Part shown: positions 52,601-61,600 of the stretch, piece by piece
Numbering within the stretch: position 1 is the first letter of the stretch
How the letters are laid out: each line of letters starts with the position of its first letter
Source of the DNA: Flectonema sp. DT1601
Lineage: Eukaryota
DNA: 64,000 nucleotides
Direction: 5' to 3'
NCBI GenBank assembly: GCA_964019425.1
Contig: OZ025789.1
Span: 124,001-188,000, forward strand
Program-made: the position numbers and the translations under genes
The notes under the pieces: generated by a model
The model's input: the letters and a program-made list of their open reading frames with translations, nothing else
What the model was told of the DNA's origin: nothing
Databases searched by the model: none

Positions 52601-55600
52601 GCTGTTGCATGCGCAGTGCACCTCATCCGTGTTCGTCAAGTCCTTTGCGTAGTCTCCACACTTCTTGTCCGAACACGTCGAGAAGTCCCAGTGGCAAGCC
52701 GGTTCGTTGTTGCAGCTAACCGATTCCCCATACTGCGAGCAGAACTTCTCCTTGCACTTTCCAGGCGCCACCGCCGAGTCCCACTCGCACACCAAGTCTT
52801 CGTGGCAAGACACCTCGTCCGCGTACCCGACGCAAGGCTTCTCCTGACACTCATTGCTCGTCGTGTTCATCTCGCACCACTGCTTGTTGCTCTCATCTTC
52901 CACGCAGCACGTCGAGTTCCCCCCGCACGACACGCACCTTTTCGGCTTGCAGATCAATCCGTGCTTGTCCCACTCGCAGATCTCCTTCTCGGTCGAACAC
53001 CCGTCCTCCGTCTTCAGTGTCTTGCACGGCTCCAGGCTGCAGGTCAACAGCAGCGAGTCGTAAACGCATCCCTCAGGGTCCGCGAGACACGCGTCCTCGT
53101 CGGCGTGCACGCAAGGCTTCTCCGCGCACGTGTTGTTCCTCCAAGCACACTCGTCGTCCTGCGCGCAAGACCTCTCGTCAGGGTGAGCGCACAGCTTCGA
53201 CTTCCAGCACACGCTCTCCGTCCCGTTCCACTCGCAGTGGTTTTCCTTGTCGTCAGTGCATGGACCGTCGTCACAGTGTTGGAAGCAAGGGGTGTTTCCA
53301 CACACCTGCGCCGAGTCTCCCCACGCGCATCCCTTCTCCTGGTTACACGTTCCCTTCGATGGGAACTGCTCGCAAGGAACCGCCCCCGCTGGAAGCCCGA
53401 TGCTTCCGCTTCCTCCACCGGCCACGTACCTTCCCCACTTGCTCGCAGGGTCGCAAAGTCCCGTCAGCACCTCGGTCGGCACCTCGTCCAGCATCAAGCT
53501 CAGAAAGTGCTCGTCAGCAGGTGCAGACACCACAGGCTTCAGCGCCGCCTCCGCGTCGATGTCTCCCTGCGTCCTCGCCGAGAATCGGCGCACCGCGATA
53601 CCAAACACCAACACCTGCTGCTGCTTCAGGGTGCTCCGCACTCCCGAAAGCTTGTCTCCGTCCATCAGCACCCCGTCCGTGATGATGATGATGATCTTTC
53701 GCCGTCCATCCACCGGTGAATCCTGTGCGAACATGTTCGACGCCATGACGAGACCCTCCTCGATGAAGGTCAGCTGCTTCATGTAATTGTCCTCGTGCCA
53801 CTCGATGTCAGCCTGCAGCTGCGCCAGGTCCCCGCTCAGACGACCGTTTGCACCCACGCCTGGCGGCGTGCGCTGCGCCGAGTTCACTACTCCCCCAGTC
53901 GGCCCCGTGCTTCCAGCCAACCCACTGAACTGCACCAGCCCGACACGCACTCCCCCGCTAGGCACCGAGTTCGAACCGACCGCTGAATCCTCTCCGCTGA
54001 GCGGCAGCGTCTTCACCCAGTCGCGGATCATCTCCATCATCGCGTAGAACCCGTGTGGGTGTCGCCCGAAGCTCTGGCTCATCGAACCAGAACCGTCAAG
54101 CACCAGCGCCACATCGAGCGTCGGGCACTTCCCGTAAGCCTGTTCCTCGCACCTTCCACGTCCACCGGTGTTGCTCCAGAAGCAGCTCGGGTCCTGCTGA
54201 CATCCGCACCTCTCAGGGATCTTGTGGCAAGTCTTCTCTACGCACAAGTCCTTCTCCCACAGACATCCCGAGTCCGCCTCACACATCGCCTGCTCGGGGT
54301 ACTTCGCACACCGCTCGAGCTGACAGCTTCCCGGAGAGGTGCTGGTGTCCCAGTGGCACCGGCGGTCAGCGTCGCACGACTTGTCTTCGGTGTATTCGAC
54401 GCAAGGGCGCACCGTGCACGTCAGGTTCGACGTCTGCCAATCGCACAACGCATCAGAGCGGCAATCCACCTCCGCCGTGTACACGCACTTCTTCTGTACG
54501 CAAGTCTTGTCCCCGGTCCACATGCAGCTCTTCTCCGTGTCTGACTCGCATTCCTGTCGCGCCTCGTGGTTCACGCAAGGCATCAACACACAGGTCGTCG
54601 GGTCCTTCCACATGCACACCGCCTCAGTGTCCGCCAGACAGCTGTCCTCGGTCTTGTGATGGCACCTCTTCTCCCCGCAGTCGGTCGCCGTCGCGTTCCA
54701 TTCGCATCCTTCCTCCGACTCACATGTCACCACGTTGTCCCCTCCGCACACCTCCTTGCGGTAGCAAGTCTTCTCCAACTCGTTCCACCCTCCCACGCAT
54801 CCGTTGGTTACATCCCCATCGCACATCGCCTCCGAACAGTGCACCACGCAAGGCGAGTTCACGCATCCCAGCAGGGTCTCCGACCATACGCATCCGCGGT
54901 CCGACATGCAGCTTGTCTTTCCTTCGTACTTCCTGCACGGCTGGTGTTGCCCCCCGACAGGCTGCATCGCGAGTCCGCTTCCCCAACCGGTCGCCGGGTC
55001 GCACATCTTCGTCAGCGGACCGTTCACATCTGCCAACTCGTCCATGTCGACGTTCACGAAGTGATCTGCGTGTGGGTCCGACGTGATCGGCTTCAGCGTC
55101 TCCTCCGCGTCCGCATCCAGCTGCGTGTGAGTCGCGAACCGACGAACCACGATCCCGAACACTTCGACCTGCTGAGAGCTCAACTTTGCCTGCGCAGACG
55201 CCAGCAGGTTCTTGTCCTGGATCGCCCCGTCAGTGATGATGAAGAGAGCGCGTCTCCTCCCGTCAAGAGGCGAGTCCTGGAAGATTCCGGCTGCCATGTC
55301 GAGACCCGCCCGGATGTACGTTCCCTGCGCCATGTAGTTCGCCTCGTGCCACGAAAGGTCCGCCAACAGCTCGCCTGCGTCGCCCGACAGCCTTCCGGCC
55401 GTTCCCGTGTTGCTCGGGGTCTTCAGAGCCGATCCCGGGATCGGTCCTGTTACTGGCGACCCGCTGTCCTGTGGAACTCCGCTGAACTGGATGAACGCCA
55501 CGCGCGTCTTCCGGTTCACCGTCGAAGGCGTTCCCGCCGCCTCACCGCTAAGCGGAAGCCCCTGCACCCAGCTCTTCAGCATCTCAACCTCCGCAAAGTA

Positions 55601-58600
55601 CCCGTGTGGGTGGCGTCCGAAGGCATTGCTCATCGATCCAGATCCATCGAACAGCACCACGAGGTCCAGCGTCGGGCACGTCCCGTACCGGGTGTCAACG
55701 CAAGCCTGCTCCGACGGAATCCAGAAGCAGTCTGGGTCGTTGTGGCACTCACAAGGGTCCGAAGACAGCTTGTCGCAGACCTTCGTCACGCACGAGTTCC
55801 CCTCCGTCATGCACTTCGCGTCCGCCTTGCAGGTCGCCTGGTTGCAACCCCTCTTCGTGCAGTGTCTTCTGCAGTACTTCTCGTTACACGTACCCGGCGC
55901 AATCGAGGTGTCCCACTCGCAAATCACGTCCCCGTTGCACTCCTTCTCGCTCGAGTACTGCTTGCAAGGGGCTGTTTCGCACAGCGAATTTCCGCCGATC
56001 TGCTTCACCCACTCACACAACCCTGCCGCCGGCTTCGTCAAGCAGTCTCCCTTCTCCGTGTACGGACTGCACTTCTTCAGCTCGCAGTAGTCGGCGTCCA
56101 AGTTCCACGTGCAATTTAAGTCCTGCTCACACGTCGCTACCGCGTCGTACGTGCACGGCCTCTTTCCGCACGTCTGCGCGAGGTTGTTCCACTCACAAGG
56201 GTCCGGATCGGCTAAGCATCCCTGCTCGTTGTCGTGTTCGCACTTCTTACCGATGCAAGTCTTTCCATCATCCGCAACCTCGCACTTCTCGTCCTGCAGA
56301 CACCGCGCAGCCGTCGGATGCTTGCAAACTTCCTCCTTCACGCACCCTCCGGATTTCCACTGACACTGGTTCGGCCAGTCCGCCGTGCAGTTGTCCTGCT
56401 TGCAGTGCTTCAGGCACGGCGAGTCTCCGCAAGACAACGTCTCATCGAACCACACGCAGTGGGACTGCTTGTTGCACGGATCCTTCTCCGCCACCGTCGG
56501 GCAAGGGAGCACCTCCTCCGAAACGTCCGCGACATAGCGTCCCCACACGTGTTGCGGCTCGCAGATCCCGTTCAGCGCCGTCGCCAATTCGTCCACCAGA
56601 ATGTTCTGGAAGTGCGCGCTCGCCGGCGAGCTCACGATCTGCTTCAGGGTTTCCTCCGCCCTCAGGTCGATTGCCGTGCGCGTCGCGAACGGCCGGATCA
56701 CCGCCCCGAAGATCCTAACCTGCGCCTGGTCGAGTTCCGACATCGCCTGACCGTAAGCATCCTTGTCGTGCAGTTCCCCGTCCGACACGATGATGAGCAC
56801 CCGCCTCCTTCCGTCAACGGGGGAGGCCCGGAACAGGCTCACCGCCTTCTCGAGCCCGGCGAGCAGGTAGGTCTGCTGCGTAGTTGGCTGCGTCACCAAG
56901 CTTCCCCCGAGGAACGCCCCCATGTGGTACTCCGCATCCGCGCGCACCTCCGACAGGGAACCGGTCAGGTGACCTCCACTACCCGTTCCAGGTGGCGAGA
57001 ACGTCGCCTGCCTTGGGTCATCCGAAGTCCACTTGCTGCTTCCGGCGAACTGCACCAAAGCCAACCGGATCGCCTTCGTATTCGCCACCGACGGCTGTCC
57101 AGCCGCCTCCTTGCTCAGAGGAAGCGTTGCCGCCCAGTCCTTCACCACCTCAACCAACGCGTAGAACCCGTTCGGGTGCCGTCCGAACGCCCGGCTCATC
57201 GACGCCCCTCCGTCGAGGAGGAGCACGATGTCCAGGGTCGGGCAGGTACCGTAACGCTGGAACGTGCAGTGTGAGCTGACCGCCGTCGAACTGAAGAAGC
57301 AGTCCGCGTCTCCCTCGCACTGGCACTTGTCCATCACTCCGCAATCCTTCTCCACGCAAGTCAACTTCGCGTCCGACCACATGCACTCGTCCTCTCCCTT
57401 GCACCCGTTCTGGTCGAACTTCCTGCACGGCAGCTGCGCACACAACGCAGGCGACTGCTGCACGTCCCAGTGGCACCCGTCCACCGCGTTGCAGCACTGC
57501 TCCCCGGCATACTCAGAGCAAACCTTCGCCGAACAGCTTCCGTTCCATTGGCACCGCGAGTCCGCCGTGCACGCGGCATCGGACCCCGCCCCTTCGCACG
57601 GCTTCACAACACACTCCTCATCAGGGCAGCTGTTGTCCCACTTGCATCCCGAGTCCGCCCCGCAGGTCGTCGAGTCCGGGTACTGGCAAGGAGTCAACAC
57701 GCACTCCTGGCTTCCCGTCTGCCACGTGCACTCGAACTCCGTGTCAGCCAAGCAGCTGTTCTCGTCAGGGTGCAGACAAGGCTTCTCCCCACACTCTCCA
57801 CCCGTTCCCGCGGTCACGTTCCACGCGCACATCGCATCTTGGTTGCATGCCTGCGGGGTTGTGTGCGGGCAGATCTCCTTCTTGTAACAAACCTGCTCCT
57901 GCAAGTTCCACTCGCAGTGGTTCCCCTGATCTCTGTTACATTCCGACTCCTCACAGTGACGGATGCAAGGTGTGTCCACGCACGCAGTCAGCACCTCCTG
58001 ATACAGGCATCCCGGGTCGCTGTCGCACTTCGTCTTGTCCACGTAATTCCTGCAAGGTTTGTGCACTCCTGCCTGACTCTGAGGGTCGACTACGTACTTG
58101 CCCCACAGGCTGTTGGGGTCGCACAGTCCGTCAAGCGCGTCAGGGATCTCGCTGAGCACGAGGTTCAGGTAGTGGTCCACGTGTGGCTCCGATGTGATCG
58201 GTCTCAGCGAATTCTCCGCGTCGAGGTCGACCGGCGTGTGGGCGAGGAACCTCCTCACCACCACCCCGAAGGTCACCACCCCGGCGTTCTCGAGCCTTCC
58301 ACGTGCGTCTTTCAGCCTATCAACATCCTTGATCTCCCCGTCCGTGAAGACCAACAGCACCTTCTTCCTCAAACTACCCGGGGATTCCTTGAACATGTCC
58401 GCCGCGGTGTCCAGCGCCGAGGCTATGAAGGTTCCGCCATGCATGTAGTTCGTCTCCTGCCACTCCAGCTCCGCGTCAAGCTCGGTCCTCAAACCCGTCA
58501 ACCTTCCGCTCGCCCCAATCTGCGCCGGAGTCGTTTGCGCTCCGTCCACGTTTCCATTCGGCAGCTTGTTCGTTGGGATTCCACCGAACTGGACAAATCC

Positions 58601-61600
58601 GACACGCGCCTTCCCGTCGAGCAACGGAGAGCCTCCGGCAGGCACCCCGCTCAACGTCAGCGACTGAACCCATGTCTTCAGCATCTCCATCAGTCCGTAG
58701 AATCCGTGAGGGTGCACTCCGAAGCTCTTGCTCATCGATCCGGAACCGTCAACCACCAGCACGATGTCCAGCGTCGGGCACTCTCCAAACTTCGACGTCT
58801 TGCAGGTTCCCTTGTCCCAGTAGCAGTCCCCATCCTTGCGACACCTGCACACCTCGAACTCCCCGCAGTTCTTCTCGACGCAAGTATTGTTCAGCCACAT
58901 GCACTCTCCGTCCTGGTCACACGCCCCCGGTTCACCGTATCTCTTGCAGTACTTCACCTCGCAGTCAGTTCCCCAACTGCACAGGTCGTCCTTTCCACAA
59001 GTCTTTTCATCGGGATGCTCCTTGCACGGCTTGAACGTGCACGCGTTGTTCTTCCACTCGCAGATTCCTCCGTCCTTCTCCTCGCACTCCACCTGCTGAC
59101 CCCAGCGGCACTTGATCGTTTCGCACAGGTCTGCGTCCCTATTCCAAGTGCACTCGGTGTCGTTGTTGCAGAACACCGGCTCGAAGTACACGCAAGGCTG
59201 CTTGCTGCAATCCTTTCCGCTTTCGTTCCACACACACGGTCCCTTCGGGTCCGCCAGACATCCCTGCTGGTTGTCGTGGTCGCAGATCTTTCCGATGCAC
59301 GTCTTCTTGTCCGCAGGGTCCACCTCGCACTTGTCGTCCTTCTCGCACTCCACCGTGTCCGGGTGGTTGCAGAGCTCCTCCTTGCGACACGCACCGAGCG
59401 TCTGGTTCCACACGCAGTGGTTGTCGGCGTCCGCTGAGGTGCAGTTGTCCTGCTTGCAGTGCGCCAGGCACGGAGAATCTCCGCAGGACAGCGTCCGGTC
59501 GAACCACACACACCCGTCGTCTTTGTTGCAAGGATCCTTGCTCGCGTACAATGTGCATGCCACCCCGTCGCTCGTATCCGCGATGAACTTGCCCCATGCG
59601 TGGTTCGGATCGCACAGACCCTTCAGCGCCGAGGCCACCTCATCGACCTGCAGGCTCTGCAGGTGCTGGTCCTTCGGGTCCGACAACGCTCCCGACAACG
59701 TCTGCTGCGTCTTCACATCGTCGGTTGACACCGTGCTGAACGGCCTCAACGCGATCCCGAACACGTGAACCTGCGCCTGGTCGAGCGCCGCCCTTGCCGC
59801 CGTGTACGAGTCCTTGTCGTTCAGCTCCCCGTCTGCCACGATGATCAGAACCCTCTTCCTTCCGTCAAACGGCGACGTCTGGAACAAGCTTACCGCCTTC
59901 TGAAGACCCCCCAGCAAGTACGTCTGCTTCAGGTCCGGCTGGGCCGCCGCACTTTCCCCCATGAAGTTCCCCTCGTGGAAATCGGCATCCGCCTCCACCT
60001 CGCTCAGCACTCCGCTCAATCTCCCACCGCTTCCCGTCCCCGGCGGCGATGACAGCGCCTGCTTTTCGTCGCTCGAAGGCCACTGGCTGCTTCCCGCGAA
60101 CTGCACCATCGCCAACCGCATCGCCTTCGTCTGCGGCATGCTCGTCGTCCCGGCAGCCTCCCCACTCAGCGGCAGGGTCGCCGCCCAGTCCCGCACCACT
60201 TCCACCAACGCGTAGAACCCGTTCGGGTGCCGTCCGAACGCCCGGCTCATCGAAGCCCCTCCGTCGATCAGGAGCACCACGTCAAGCGTCGGACATGTTG
60301 CGTACCGCTGGAACGTGCAGTGCGAACCACCGTCCGAGATGCTGAAAAAGCAGTCCGGATCAGCGTCGCACTCACACTTCTCGAACTCTCCGCAGTCCTT
60401 CTCCACGCACTTGTTGTCTTTCCACATGCAATCCCTCTCATCGCTGCACGCAACTTGCTCGCCGAACTTCCTGCATGGGAGCTCGGCACACACCGCCGGC
60501 GCCTGCTGCACGTCCCAGTGGCATCCGTCCTTGTGGTTGCAGCATTTCTCGTCAGGGTACACCGCGCACGCCTTTCTGGAGCACGTCAAGCTCTGTTGGC
60601 TCCACTGGCACAGCACATCCTTCGAGCACTCCGTTTCGTCCGCGTGCTGGCAAGGGACCCCCACGCAGGTTCCCTCCCCGCACGCCTCGTCCCACTCGCA
60701 GCCAGCTTCTTGGTTGCAACTCGTCTTGTCAACTTGCGTGCAACGGGTTTCGATGCACGATCCGTTCACAGTGTCCCAAGTACAGTCGAAAGTGCTGTCC
60801 GCAATGCAACTCGGCTCATCCGGGTGCAGGCAAGGGGTGTCGATGCACTTGTTCCCAGTCGCGTTCCACGAGCACTTGTCGTTCTGATCGCATGCGTTCG
60901 GATCCGAAATCCCTGGACACACCTCCTTGTTGAAGCACTCCAACACCGTCGAGTTCCAATTGCAGTCGCCCGTCGAGTTCGCACACTGTTCCTGGGTGCA
61001 GTGCTTGACACACGGAGAGTCGAGACACGCGATCAGCACATCAGACCACTTGCATCCCACGTCTGATGAACACGGCACCTTGTTTCCGTAGTTGGGGCAA
61101 GGGCGGTGCACCCCGGCCTGTTGGGCCTGCGTTTGCGCCGCAATCGCCGCCTGGTCAACGATGAGGTGTCCCCATGGACCGTTCGGGTCACAGATTCCGT
61201 TCAACGCCTTGTCTGGAACCTCGTCGATCATCAGGTTTAAGAAGTGGTCGTCGTGTGGGTCCGACGTGATTGGCTTCAGCGAAGTTTCCGCATCGATGTC
61301 ATTCTGCGTCAGCTGGTTCGTTCGCCTCACCACGATCCCGAACGTCTGCACATCCATTCCGTCGAGATCGTTCTTCGCCTGCGCGAGCTTATCGTCGTCC
61401 TGGATCTTCCCGTCGGTAATGATGATCAGCACCCTCTTCCTTCCGTCAACAGGCGACGACGACTTGAAGATGCTTCCGGCGCGCACCAGCGCCTTCTCGA
61501 TGTACGTTCCAGCCTCGAGGTAGTTTGCCTCGTGCCAGTCAACGTCAGCAGACAGCTCCGCCAAGTCTCCAGTCAACCGCCCCCCGGCTCCGACTCCCAC